Source: Callorhinchus milii (Eukaryota). From it: a DNA stretch of 64,000 nucleotides. The stretch's first letter is position 1, and the number at the start of each line of letters is the position of its first letter. Shown piece after piece: positions 1 through 12,809 of this stretch. The stretch covers positions 53,384,001 to 53,448,000 of the forward strand of contig NW_024704742.1 in NCBI RefSeq assembly GCF_018977255.1, read 5' to 3'. The position numbers and the translations under genes were made by a program. Below the pieces are notes generated by a model. It searched no databases and was not told where the DNA came from. It saw nothing but the letters and a program-made list of their open reading frames with translations.

Positions 1-336
1 CTTCAGTACTGGGGTGATCTCAACAAGTGTCTGTTCTTGCCCTGAATCCAGCTCCTCGCTTGCATTTTGATCGTCCTCTGAGCTGAGATCTGCATTTTCA
101 TCAGACACATGGACCAAGGTCTCCGTACTTGCTTCCAGTGGCAGACAGCGTTCCTCGCTTTCGTGGTTATCATTCTCATCCACTTCTTTTCTATGGTCGC
201 ACAGCTTCTTCTCTTGAAAGTCAAAGGATTCGGGGTTGTGGCAACATTCTGGTAGGGAAATACTGGAAAATCGCTCCTGCTTGTCCAATTTGGATACTTC
301 ATTGCTTTCCATACTTGGGTTTAGATTATCAGCCAT
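1..336 (-). CDS. Partial coding exon of an unidentified host gene with an acidic, probably disordered N-terminal region (MADNLNPSMESNEVSKLDKQERFSSISLPECCHNPESFDFQEKKLCDHRKEVDENDNHESEERCLPLEASTETLVHVSDENADLSSEDDQNASEELDSGQEQTLVEITPVLK...); runs off the left edge
   Basis: Manual translation gives 112 stop-free codons from ATG at 336 (ctcATGG context), rich in E/S/D. A pyrimidine-rich acceptor (cttttcatttgattctgttgattctggtgcag|) starts the exon at 353. Absent from the ORF track because there is no stop inside the window. Confidence 0.65.
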   Translation of the reverse strand, partial: MADNLNPSMESNEVSKLDKQERFSSISLPECCHNPESFDFQEKKLCDHRKEVDENDNHESEERCLPLEASTETLVHVSDENADLSSEDDQNASEELDSGQEQTLVEITPVLK

Positions 337-779
337 GAGCCCATGACAACAGACTGCACCAGAATCAACAGAATCAAATGAAAAGACAGGCCAATTAGTC
401 ACATGGTCTTCCCAGCTTCTCTTCTTATTGGCTAAAGACATGTCATCACAATTCAGTTGCTGTTTTTCCAGGCATATTACAGAGAGAGAGAAAATTGGGA
501 CGATCTCTTCACTTTTTCCACGAATAAGGGCACTTGGCAGTTTCCGTTCCTCAATACCATGTTAACAGCATCTGCGTTGCAAAGCAAAGAAGAAATGAAG
601 AAGCTTGACCAAAAATTACATCTTACACAGAAAAAGGCACTATCTCTGTGCCAAAATCTGATTCATCACAGCAATGCTGCGAATGTCGCTTTCTTTTTTT
701 TTAAAACTTAGATGAACGCCAGAACATTTCAATGGAATACAAAGTATGCTGACATTTAAATATTCTGAAATGTGAAAAT

Positions 780-885
780 GAAACTGAGCCACACACACAG
801 ACCTAGGTTGGTCCCAGGTTCAATTTCTGTCTGTGGTCTGTACCGAGTTAGCTGAGCTCAGTTAGCTTGGCAATTGGGTTACTGC
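780..885 (+). mobile_element. AmnSINE2-like ancient tRNA-SINE, 5' fragment
   Basis: Motif ctgagcc...ggtcccaggttc...ggtctgt...gagttagctga is shared with about 9 other copies in the window; family name from recall. Confidence 0.5.
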
Positions 886-1149
886 AACGAGTACAATAGA
901 AATTTACAGCACAGAAGGCCATCTTGTCTATTGTGTAGAGAGGAGATGCATTGAAGAACATACTTGTGTAATTTACAGTTATTCCTTAAGAGGAAATAAC
1001 AGATATGGATTTGATGGAGCCTCGAAGATTATTTATTGGGAGGGTGGGGTGGAGGAAGGAATGGTTGCATCAAATTCTGTTTGTTTGGCAGAAACTACTA
1101 GTAAATGACTACTATAGTGTAGAAGTGGTGCTACTGCATAATCTATTGT

Positions 1150-1852
1150 CATAGAATTATACAGCACAGAAGGAGGCCATTCAGCCCATCATGTCTGTCC
1201 CGGCTCTTTGAAAAGAGCTAACCAAATCAATCCCATTCCCCCACTCTCTCCGCATAGGCCTACAAACTTGTCCTCCTCAAATAATTATCCACTTTCCTCT
1301 TAAAAGTTGTTATCGAATTGGCTTCCACCACCCTTTCAGGCAATACATTCCAGATCCGAACAACTCACTGTGTGAAAAAATTTCTATTCACCTCCCCTCT
1401 GTTTCTTTTAACAACTATGTTAAACTAGTGACTTTGGGTTACCCAGTGGAAATAGTTTCTCCTTGCTCACCTTATCGAATCCCCTCATAATTTTGAAAAC
1501 TTCTATTAAGTCTCCACTTAACCTTCTCTGCTTCAAGGAAGCTTCTCTAGCCTCTCCTGATAACTGAAGTCCCTCATTCCTGGTACCATCCTGGTAAATC
1601 TCCTTTGCACCCTCTCCAATACCTTGACATCCTTCCTAAAGTGTGGTGCCCAGAACTGAACACAGTACTCTAGCTGAGGCCTAACCAATGTTTTATAAAG
1701 GTTCATCATAACTTCCTGACTTTTGTAATCTATGCCCCTATTTATAAAGCCTAGTATCCCATATACTTTTTGTTTACAGCTTTATCTACCTGTCCTGCCA
1801 CCTTCAAAGATTTACTTATATGAACCCCCAGGTCTCTGTTCCTTCACCCCCT
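1150..1852 (-). mobile_element. CR1 LINE 3' fragment
   Basis: Reverse complement matches the ORF2 C-terminus and 3'UTR of the CR1 at 16.9-21.1 kb, with a CATAGAAT-type tail at the left end; closely similar to 54904-55560. Confidence 0.9.
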
Positions 1853-2984
1853 TTCTTTCATGAACTATGAACCATCTACATTTCATATAAGTTGTAGTTT
1901 TAAGTTTTTTTGAATTTTTTTATTGAGTTAAAATCCCTTACAAAAGCAAACAAACCAAAATGGAACCAGCATATATAGTGAATTACGGGGAGATGGAGGT
2001 TCACAGGGAGTATGCATACAAGTCACGGACTAGTTGAGCCCGTTTCTGCGCTGTAACATTTTATGTAATTATATGTACTCATGTCATCATTTATAGGCAT
2101 TATGATGGTCAGTTTGAATTCTTGAGAATAAGCTTCCAGTATAAATTAATAATTCATTAAATAAACTTTCACCATACAAGATAATTATATGCTAAACCAC
2201 TACTGTTTATACAGAACCCAGAATGCTAATTACGAGAAAAATGTGGCATCAATGGTGACAACTATCACATTAGATGGTAAATATCACATCATATGCCACA
2301 TTGTCCATTTCCATTTCTTTTATCTCATCCAATTGGGACATCATTGAATCCCACCCATCAAGAACAGAAATGTTTTCGGAATTCTAGAAGTAACAGCTGT
2401 AAACATGTTTAGAAGAAGTGAATCCTGTTGTCCTTCAGAGACTTGCTATGCAAGTGAACAAGATTGATGACAAATGTATCAATGATTGAATAAGTGAATC
2501 CTTAGTGTCTAAATGAAAGCTTAAACTATTATTCCAGTTAGCATCTCATCAAATGCTAAATCCTAAAAGGTCAGTCATTTCCTGCACAAGATTTTCTGCA
2601 ATGGAATATTCCTGGAAGACTCACAAAACATGCATTTGTTAGATTTATCCTGGAATTTGGTAGATTCAAAGATTGAAAAAAAGTTTAATAGCACCAGCAC
2701 TTCCTACTTCATATTTTCATCACAGTGGGGTCTAAATTATAATATAACTTCACGTCTTTCCTTAATAAGGAATCCAATGATCTAACTAGCGAGCCCTTTC
2801 CAATAATCGGAACTATGTCATGCTGATTCGAAGAAATTCTATTTCAATGTGACCCACCTATGGAGTAGGATTTCCATGGGCCAATGCCTCCCATTATGAA
2901 ATACCACAATCTATATCCTTTTTATTCATAATAATTTGCTGTGCATAACTTCCATGGTTTATAAGGTATGTGATAATAATAATG

Positions 2985-4310
2985 ATATAAAGACTGATGT
3001 CTAACATATTTATACACCAAGAAAAGAAAGAGGAAGAGGCCTGATTGAAATCGAAGCATCTTATAAATGAACAAATGTAGGTTTAGTTTGAATATATCAG
3101 AAGAAACTCCAATGATTGTATCAAAATGATTGAAAAACATGAAAACAATAAAAATATTTTTTTTCTCATTAAAGAAGCAATCAAGATCAAACAAGACCAT
3201 GACATCCATCGAAAAGATATAGAAAGTAGCTCATCTGAACCAACAAAATGTATACGTGGAATGACAATTGCCCTTAAAAAGAAAGTGATATCCTGTAGAA
3301 AAATGGGAGAAGAAAATATATATTTTTTTGGTCAGGCGTTTTTTTCGTTTTTTTTGTCTGACCCATGTGAACACCCACCATGGTACTTAAGAGTATACAA
3401 ACCAAACTAGGACTTCCATCCATCCCACTTATACATGAAAATTCCAGAGACAGATTTTTGGAAGGGAATGCGCAATTCCTCCCTGGAGGGACACATCCTG
3501 CTTACCTAATTCCAGAAAGTATTAGGTGCAGGTTGGTAAGAGCCAAAGCTTGGGGACTCCTGAGTGTGCACTGGGGTACAAGTAGAGTCTAACCAGCTAA
3601 AACCGCACAGCTTGCCAATGATATTGCTGTCTGGCAAGCTTTCCCGTTAGGACCATCCTACCCATTAGGGCTTTAGGTTGCAGGGTTAACAGGAGCTGAG
3701 TGGGATGACTCCCTACCCCAAGTGACTGGTCTGCCCTTCCAGGTCCTGCCAATGAAATTGCTGTCATCAGAAGTTTTCTGGAATACTGTGGAACCACTTG
3801 GCTCAGGAATTGGATTACCAAGACTGCCACAGAGGGCTGGCTCGATTCTGACATTCTATTGCCAAGCATCTCACCTTGGAGCCAGTTCAGCTCCAAGGAG
3901 ACCCTGCTTAAGAAGAAACGTGCATGGTCAATTTCCAAGAGAAATTAAAGAACAAGGCCTAGATATGAATCAAAGCTACAATTTGTACTGATGGGGATCT
4001 GAGAGCCGAAACAAGCTCTCCTCATATCAGCACAAACCAATCTATTACTACCCGTTATTATGAAAATAAGATCTTAAAAGAAACATTGATCCAAAATCTC
4101 AAATATGTCATCAAACACAAGAAACGTTCTACCACATATTGTCATCAAATCTGGCCCTAACACAATCAGAGTACCTGATTGAACACAACAATGTAGCTAA
4201 ATATATTCATTGGACAATTTGTAAACATTTTTATATTGGTGTAAAGACGAAATGGTATGAACATCAACCAACAAAATACCTGGTAAACAAAATATCAACC
4301 TCCTGCAAAA
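2985..4310 (+). mobile_element. Decayed R4-clade (Dong/Rex6-like) non-LTR retrotransposon, C-terminal part, split by an insertion at 3316-3910
   Basis: Frameshifted motifs in the expected order: IYTPRKERGRGLIEIE, KHENNK, W-EKK//VHGQF, GDLRAE, QSITTRYYENKILK, degenerate zinc knuckle, EYLIEHNNVAKYIHWTICKHF, KWYEHQP. Confidence 0.75.
3316..3910 (-). mobile_element. Unclassified structured retroposon (Family X), 5'-truncated copy
   Basis: Homologous to five other loci in the window. Sense 3' end is GACCAAAAAAA; flanked by the direct repeat AGAAGAAA at 3308-3315 and 3911-3918. Confidence 0.75.
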
Positions 4311-5667
4311 AGTAGCTAAGGAAGTTTGAAATTACTAAGAAAGAAAAGTACTACTAAGAAAAATAACATCCATCCATATGTAACATGGCAGTGATTTTGA
4401 TCTGGATGATAATTGTTATGTTAATTATCACGGTGATATCACATCCACAGAAAATTCTGCTCTGTTATTGTCTAGCCATACTTCCTCCCAGCTCTCACTC
4501 TAATTCCATCATAGTGGACAATCCTGGGCCCAAAGCCAGCCCACTGTCATCATTCAACTTGTCATCATTCAACTTATCAGCCTATGGATGGAATAGTGCA
4601 AAACAAAAAACTGATAATTCAAATATTATAGGCTGCTATTTCACCTCAAGGCTGTAAAACCCTATAGTTTTTAATCTCATGATTAACCACATTACTTTTT
4701 TAATAAAAATTCTTGCATTTATATACAGTAGCACCTTTTCACATCAAAACAACTCATAGCACTTTACAGTGTTTTCACAAAGTTTTCAGTTAAATGTAGT
4801 GACTGTGTATTCTTTGGCAAGCCCAAACCACTGATACCTAGCCATGGGGTGTCTACTGTAAAACTTTTTTATAGCCCTGAAATTGGTGACCAGTAACTTT
4901 TATCATTGGCAAATGACTCTCAGCATCTTAACAGCAACATCAGAAGAACAATCACTGTGGCAATAAACATTTCCATATCCCCAGAGCTATTATCTTTGTG
5001 ACCTTTCTAAGTGAAATTGATGAGCCTGTGCCAAATTATGAGTAGTTTTGTAATATGAATTCACCCACTCAGAATTGATTTCACACGGGATTATTATTGC
5101 TAGTAGAGAGAGGATCCCATCATACTATTCATCCAGTTCACATCCCAGTGGCAAACATGCAGTAAACTAACCCCAACCTCTCAGTTTGTAGGATGAATAT
5201 TGACTATTATTACAGAGAAGAAATACAAGAACAGACTGGAGACTGCACTGCCTACGAATAACTATTAAAACTGACTACAGTTAGTGTAAAATAATCTAAT
5301 AAGGATGCTCTTTGTGTTTGTTAACTGCAGCACATAAAATGCCTTTCAAATTTAGTGTTACAACATCTGCAGAGTAGCAGTCTGGTTTTCACATTAAACC
5401 AGAAGCAGACATGGATTAAAGAATACCTGAAAATAAAGTATCAAATTGTGGGTATTTATCAAATTGAGTGGGTCATATATGTGAGAGGCAGATCTCAAGG
5501 ATGGAGTTCTAGCTGGGTGTATACAGCCTTGCACTATTGAACTATGAACTGAAGAGCCGGTAATGGATGTGATGTGATTGTGGTATGGAGGGTGGAGTCG
5601 GAGAATTTCCCAGTAATGGATTTGATGGGGCCCTGGGCCTTTCTTTGCTTCCCCCTGTACATGTGTC

Positions 5668-6075
5668 TATATAACAATATAGCACCTTTCAAGTAGAAAA
5701 ATGTCGCAAAGAACTGTACAAAGACAGAGTTGTTGGAGTCCAGACTGGGGAGGGAGAAAGGGGCAGTAGGGGGAGGTGACTGAAGGTGTAGTTGAAGAGA
5801 TAGGTGATCCGCCTGTTTTTTTAAAGAGGACTAGGTGCCTACAAACTTGTATGGTGAAAACCATCTGTGGGTGAGTTTTCAACCGTTGTGCCCCCTCTCT
5901 ATGGAACTCCATTGTGGGCCCTTCTGCCTTGTCCCATCTCTCCCACTTTTAAAGATCACCTTTAGACCTATCTATTTGACGGCAATGTTTGTATGCCCAA
6001 TCAGCCATGTGAAGCACTTTGAAACATCATCTTCCTGTGCAAGGCACTATGTGAGTGACAATTGTGTTGTATGTA
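5668..6075. mobile_element. Two diverged L2 3' fragments in opposite orientation, tails pointing outward
   Basis: L2-type tail remnants at both outer ends, G-rich left half and C-rich right half. Confidence 0.5.
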
Positions 6076-7429
6076 TCATGACCTTCAATAGATAGCTTAG
6101 ATGTACAAGTACAGATACGGATAGGTATATTAGACATACGGATAGCATGTGGGGTCTTTTGTTCACTGAAAGCTGGTTTGCCACAAACAGACAATGGAAA
6201 GCAAAGATCCATGAACCAGAAACCTAGATATTCTTGCAAGAATTTGAGTCTTTTACTGAGTACACTTGTGAGCTATTACCCTAACTGGTATGCTTTGCTG
6301 CGAGCTGCACATACCAGAATGCTGTTAAAGTTTATAATCTGAAGAGAGAATGTAAAAAGGATAAAATATTAATCTAAACAGACATTTTTAATGGGACAGA
6401 ACTCATCGTGATCAGCATTGCATTGAGTCTTGATTCATTTCCTGCCTCCTTGTTGTTTCAAAATACTGGGATGCATGAGAAAATGCAACCAATCCTAAGG
6501 GTTGTGGAAGTACTGTGAAAAAGAATTTCAAAGTAATACACATCACAAGACATGAATGTATGAATTCCATAGGGATTACGTAGGCTTTTTGTTCATGCAG
6601 CCAACAACATTTGGATTGTGACCTCTTTCATAAAAAGGAGCATCATATTGATTGCAATGATTTATGAAGTGTTTTGACCAATTTGGCATCCAAGTTCCCC
6701 AAAGAATTGATTTTAGTTAGCATATGCAACTTCTGTCGTCAAATTTCTTGGTTGCATGAATCGAAATTTCCATTCTGCAGCTTCCACGTTAAAAATCCCC
6801 ATCCTACCCCACCCCCCCTCCTCCAGAAACATTTAGTAACCCTTTTCATATTGATTTTCCAACTGAGGTAGCTTTCTTTTTGGATGGTGTTTTACAACCT
6901 CCTAAAACACAGAATGACAGAGCAGGGTAATTAATTCAAGGCATGCATTACGTATAGGTCTGAAGACGTGGAATATTGAGTGGCTGAATTAAAAAACCTC
7001 AGCGTAGAAGTAAATACAGAGAGCTATCTGCCCAAACAGAGAATCTATAGATAGAAATATACTGGGATATATAATGTATTTTGTTGACTATTAAAGTCAT
7101 AAATCCAGAAATCTTCTATAATGAAGAAACCACTGGAATGCCTTCCTTAGCCTCATCCAGCAAGACCTATTTTTGTGTTGACTAAATCATAGCTTTTAAA
7201 ATGTATTTGCTCTTATTAATGGGGTTCAAAACACAATCATTTCAAATAATCCTTTTGGTAACCAGTGGTCAGTAAGACCCATTCTGAAAATCGATCCACT
7301 TCAGAATATTCTTAAGGACGTTCTTCCATCTAATGACTGAACTTAAAAATTGTTCACCAGTCTGCGCATCTTACATTTTAAGACAAAATGTTTTACAGAG
7401 TAAGATAGGAGGAATTCTGGGTCTCAGGA

Positions 7430-7790
7430 GGCAATGAGTCTTATTGGAGTTTGGTTCCATGGGTATAGCTACTCTCGGTAATTCATCGACGTGGCCATTC
7501 TGCATGTATGAGTTTAGAGATTGAATGTCAACGGGTATTTGAGGGGATCATAGCTGAGCCCAATGCTTTTCTCATCTGACCTCACATTCATGCACTTTCA
7601 ATCATGATCCACTAGGTAGTGATCATGCATTTTGGCTTAATCCTCCCAGATCTGGAGCACTGAGACAAATGTAACCCCTCATATTGCTTCCCAAGGGAAA
7701 GATCAGCTGACTCAGCATAGAGATCTTTCTGGTCTGTGTGGCTCAATTCCACACTCAGCAGTGAACTTACTAAACTCAGCCAACAGGGAG
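7430..7790 (-). mobile_element. AmnSINE2-like SINE
   Basis: Reverse complement aligns with 59680-60010 (gtggccattc...gatcagctgactcagcataga...tggtctgtgtggctca). Confidence 0.55.
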
Positions 7791-8051
7791 CCATAAGCAA
7801 ACTGAAAGCAGCAGCACCTTCATTTAAAACGTTATGTACATTTTTGGCGGTTTGTTCATAACCATATAACACAATGATGCAAATCATGTCAAACGCATCA
7901 TCACATCCCTGAAACGTGAGTCTACTTCCTCCCTAGGTAAGTTAAAAAGTTCACTGGACCTTTTTTCATAAAAAGAAATGCGTCTTATATGCAATGATAG
8001 AACCATAGAAATGTATGGCAATGATAAAGCATTTATAAATATAGACTCCTA

Positions 8052-8402
8052 TGGTGTCAGCCTAGCGCAGTTTGTGGCACTCTTGTCTCTAGGTCAAAAG
8101 ATTGTGTGTTCAAGCCTCACATCAGTATTTTGAGCTCACATTTTAGACTAACAGTGGTTCCAAGTCTGGGGGATTGTTGTATGTTGGAAGTGCCATCCTT
8201 TGAATGAAGCATTAAACTGAAGTTCTATCTATCTGTTCGGAGCCCATGATACTACTGATAAATGATCGGAGTTTCTCCTGTAGATCTGGCTATGAATCCT
8301 TTGGGTAAATTGATCATCCAATTCATGTGGCATTTTGATGTGTAAAATACAGTTACTAAACTTCACAGTAATTACTATGTCAAATGCAAGGATTATTATT
8401 GT
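8052..8402 (+). mobile_element. Old Deu-domain tRNA-SINE (SacSINE1/AmnSINE1-related)
   Basis: tRNA-like head (gcactcttgtctctaggtcaaaagattgtgtgttcaag), Deu-like body, caaatgcaaggattatt tail. Confidence 0.55.
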
Positions 8403-9079
8403 TATATCGGGGGAAAAATGTGATGTTTCACAACTCATTTCATGAGATAGCTTACACTATATCTTGTGAAGCTCTTTGAGATGCCTAATGTGAAAGGTGA
8501 AATTTAAGTATTATTTTATTGTTAATTACATCAAATGTAAAGATTATTATCCTGTAAATAACCAGGTACTCCCCTTGCTAAGCAATGCCGTGTGCTGAGT
8601 ATTTCCTTTCACCATAATCCTTCACAAAAGCCCTAGAAAAGTTTGACATTGGAATGGAGTTCACTGAGTTGGCATAAGTCATATCCTGGTACATTCAAGA
8701 TTCTATAGTTATGAATCTTTTATGAATTCCTCATGAGCTTTAAATACATTATGAAACCAGCACAGGCTCACAGCAAATTACATTGAGATTACACTGCTTT
8801 ATTAGCAAATGAATGACTTTTGCAGTGGATGATTCGCTTGCACTTGGGTTCCAAAAGATGTTTCCTCAAACACTTCAACTGGCTATATATTCCTATTAAC
8901 TGAAAGCTGCTTGGGAATCAATTCAGTTTAAAACAGAAAGCCAGAAATTCACAGCGGGTGTATCGTAAATAACACTAACAAATCATCCCAAATTCAAGTT
9001 TTGGAACCTGTTTTTATATTTTATTTATCCAATATATTTTCCAAATGTTTATATCTTTAAAAATAAAGACTATTTTCTC

Positions 9080-9350
9080 TAGGCTGTGCTGAATTAGCTA
9101 AACTCAGCTGGATCACAACAGGGATGTAAATTCTGAAGCCAAGGAATGAAAACAACAGCCAGGGTTCCCTCTCCCCATTCTTGTCTGGTTACCTCTCTCC
9201 TCCTGAAATGCGTAAGCATGACTTCCAGGTAAGGACAGGATCAAGCTCAATGGATTTACCCATTGCTCATTGCCAAAGATCCCACTTAAAGAACGGCAAC
9301 TTGAATGAAGTGCTGGAGGATCATTGCACCCAGGGAAGGATAGTTTATCA
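9080..9350 (+). mobile_element. AmnSINE2-like SINE
   Basis: ctgtgctgaattagctaaactcagctgg...cagccagggttccc...aggacaggatcaagctc. Confidence 0.55.
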
Positions 9351-9487
9351 CCTTCAAAAGAGGACTGTTTAGAAAACAAATCAACAACACTATTTGCATT
9401 TATGTAGCGTGCCTTTTAAACGGCTCTGAGACGTTAACAATGAAGAATGCCATATAAATAAATGCAAGTTGTTGTTGTTCTTTACAT

Positions 9488-9760
9488 ACAATAACAATAC
9501 ATTACATTTGTATAGTGCCTTTCATGTCTGGAGGACGTTACAACGTTTTAAAGTGCGCTATGGAAACAACGTGGAAACTCGAGCAAAATAGAAAAGTGGG
9601 AAGTGTGTGTGTGTGTGTGTGTTGGGGGGGTTGGGGTAGGGTGGGGGAGTGGGCGTGGTAGCAGGAGGAAGTTGCACAAGGCACATGAAAGAAATAGGTT
9701 TTGTGAGGGAACGTGGAGAGGACGGGTGTGAGGTGATGGAGTTTAGGCGAGAGGCATTTA
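9488..9760 (-). mobile_element. L2 3' fragment with (GT)n and a G-rich tract
   Basis: Reverse L2 tail (acatttgtatagtgcctttcatgtctggaggacg); GT repeat at about 9603-9621; G-runs at 9624-9653. Confidence 0.6.
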
Positions 9761-10884
9761 TTGTCTTACAGACTTGGTTGAAATAAGCCCTTTTTCTTCC
9801 TTACTCCATGTAAGGACTGTGAAAACACATCAGCTTACTTCGTTTGCACTTGAATATGATTGACAACTGATCATGTCAGAAGTATTTTTTTNAAGAGCCC
9901 TGGCAAGGCTCGCAATTGACTACTGGGCTTCTTCATCCTTTCTCACAGCAGGTGACAGACAGGAGGTCTGATAGCCACCAGCTTGAAAGGAAGACAGAGG
10001 TGTAGCTCTGCACCATTATCTGCTGTAAAACAGAAGCCAGGATCCATTCACAGATGTGGGATTCTTCTAATGCGTCTAAATTACTGAACATTTACTCAAC
10101 ATGGTTTTGAGCGGGTGTACTCGCACATGTGTTATCACTTTTCCCTTAACAGACATCAAACGTTTACTCAGTGTATGTACGAACAAAGAAAAACAGCAGT
10201 TGGAGTCCTGGCCTGGATCCACTGCCAGATCTTTAACTCTATCCTCCGCCTGGAATGTTTGTTACAGCTTTAAAAATGCACCCATTTATGTTGCTACAGC
10301 AACCTTATCAATAATTTTCTGTAAATTTGTGACATTATTATATATACATATATATGGTGGAGCAATGTAGGTGGAATTGTTCAGCATTCTGAGAGCTGTA
10401 GTACAATGTAGGATAACACAGATATTTATAACATCCTACAGAACAAGAGGGAATTCCTTGCCTCGATCAATGCCCTTCATGGCATTCTTAATACTTAACA
10501 AATTGCAAGAGAACCTAAATCCTTATCAAAGCAAAACATTCAAAATCCTGAATTTATACCTCAAAGTATAATTCTCCCTTTTTTCAGATGAACTGTTCCA
10601 CTGGATGACGTCATGAGTTGTGCAGATAATCCAAGCTTCAGCCCGTGGGACCATCAGAGGACCAGTCCATTTGAAGCAGGGGTGGTGAAGTCATTTCAGT
10701 TTGATAATAACTTTACATGTTTGGGATTTCAAACTTTGTGTGCTGAATATTGAATAAGGGACATATCACTTGATACTATTCAATAACATTTATCATTAAT
10801 AAGTACGGTGGGTAGGTATACTGCGCTGGAACCTGATTACCAAGACAGATACAAAACTGAAAATGATGGGTTAGGAAGCACATG

Positions 10885-11275
10885 CCAGCCTGGCTCAGTT
10901 GATCGCACTCCCACATCTGAGTCGAAAGGTTGTGAGTTCAAGTTCATACAGTTTAGGCTGACACTCCAATACAGTGCTGGGGTAGACCCTCATTTTTCGA
11001 GGTACTGACCTTGAACTGAGCCATTAAACCAATCTGCTTGTTTGGGTGGAGGTTACATAATCCCATGGCACGATTGGAAAAGAGAAGGGAATTTCTCTTT
11101 GTGCCCTGGTCATCATTTTCCCAAATAAAATGAGTTTGGTTGCTTGTGTGCTATTGCTGTGTGCTAATTGTCTGCCTATTCAACAATCACTACACCACAC
11201 AATAAATTCTGTGAAGCAGCTTCCTACGAAATCACATTAAGTCCTCCCGATGTTATATGAAGGATTATTTTTTAT
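10885..11275 (+). mobile_element. Old Deu-domain tRNA-SINE
   Basis: tggctcagttgatcgcactcccacatctgagtcgaaaggttgtgagttcaag head; atcccatggcac and ttgctgtgtgctaattg Deu motifs. Confidence 0.65.
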
Positions 11276-11965
11276 TATTTAACACATTATTTCACACCTT
11301 TACATACAAATGTAGGGCAGAGCTCATCTACTCAGAAATAATCCCTTCAAAGTTCTTAAGTGATCATGTGGATACCCCAAACAATATTAAGGATCAATTT
11401 TAATGTCTCTGGTCTAAATCCTGGCCAATATGATTAGGAACAGGTGGAAATGAGGTTTCCCACTACAAATCGATTTATTGCTGGATGCAAAATCACTCTG
11501 TTTCTGGTTGTGTAACCTGTGTATTAAAGAATAAGTGCTGGAGAGTAAATGGGGTTGATAATAATGTAAATTATTCCATTCGGGTGCTTGAGATCACGGT
11601 CTAGACTGAACATTTCCTTACAGTAATAATAACCCTTGCATTTAATACAGTGCTTTATCAGATCATCAAGAAGTCTCAAAGAACTTAGAAGGATATACTG
11701 TAAAGTGATATGGCTGTATGTATTTTGTGGGCGAAATACACAAAGCCATATCGCTTAATGGCACAACCTGAACTAGGAGAGCTCTGCGTCGTCCGAGATT
11801 TAGGTGATGAATTCCTCAAGTGAAATTAACAATGTGTACTAAATAAATATTGTCTGCCCTTCATATCCGAAGATGGCTGTTCATGCAATGTGAACACCTG
11901 AGTGTGTAAATAGTGTAGAAGCTGGTGCCTTCAAAGCAACCACCCTCTTAGATAGCAAGTAGTAT

Positions 11966-12235
11966 GACAACAACAAGACAACAACAAGATTCCATTTATT
12001 GAGCGCCTTTCACGTCGGGAGGACGTCCCAAGGCGCTGTACAGTTGGGTCAGGACCCGAGCAGGGGGGAAATGGTCAGGGTAAGGGGAGGGAAGGGAGGG
12101 ATCGAGGAGGGGGTAGAGAGTCGAGAGGGGAGCTGAAGGCACGGTCAAAGAGAAAGGTCTTGAGACCGGCCTTGAAGGAGGAAAGGGAGGAGGCGGCGAA
12201 GGCACTGGGGGACAGAGTTCCAGAGCCAGAGCCTT
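11966..12235 (-). mobile_element. Young L2 3' fragment
   Basis: (CAA)n tail, gcgcctttcacgtcgggaggacgtccca stem-loop, and an L2 ORF end (SSLSSFKAGLKTFLFDRAF) in the ORF track. Confidence 0.85.
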
Positions 12236-12544
12236 GACCTGGTGTCAAGGAATATCTAAGAAGATCAGACCACTTACTATCCACACTGGCAGAAACCATT
12301 ACCCCAGGAAAGCGATCTGCTAATTGACTACTTACTTCCGCTAGGTCAACATAGGGATTTGGAATAAGAAAACTTGATCTAAGATCTCACGCTGCCCAGG
12401 AATCAAAAGCGGGTCCTTTTCCTTGTTAGGCAAGCTCGCTGACTCCTAAACTTCGGGACTCCTCAACAATGTAAACAAACAATCCGAACTCATAAGTATA
12501 GTGTCAGTGGACATTGTTGATGTCATTCACTCAGTGCTAATGCT

Positions 12545-12805
12545 GAGCTCCACTGACGCCTCAATTGGTAAAGCTAGTGCCTGGTGTTGAACTAAGTCAT
12601 GGAGACAAAGAAGGTCCTTAGTTCAAACCATGGTTTGTGTTGAGTTTGCTTATCTCAGCTAGTGAGGCAGTAAGCATGCTTAAATAGGAGTCAGCACTCC
12701 TGAATTAAGGAGGGGAACAAAATAAGATCTCGATCACTATGCACCAAACTGTAAAGTGCGCATATAGAGATAATGAATCCCTCTCCCCCACCACTCCATT
12801 GAACA
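12545..12805 (+). mobile_element. AmnSINE2-like SINE
   Basis: gaaggtccttagttcaaaccatggtttgtgttgagtttgcttatctcagc...tcagcactcctg. Confidence 0.5.
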
Positions 12806-12809
12806 GCAT

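Noticed and set aside
3..338. ORF-track ORFs 3..302 (-) and 129..338 (+)
   Set aside because: Shadow frames of the more plausible open frame starting at 336 (-).
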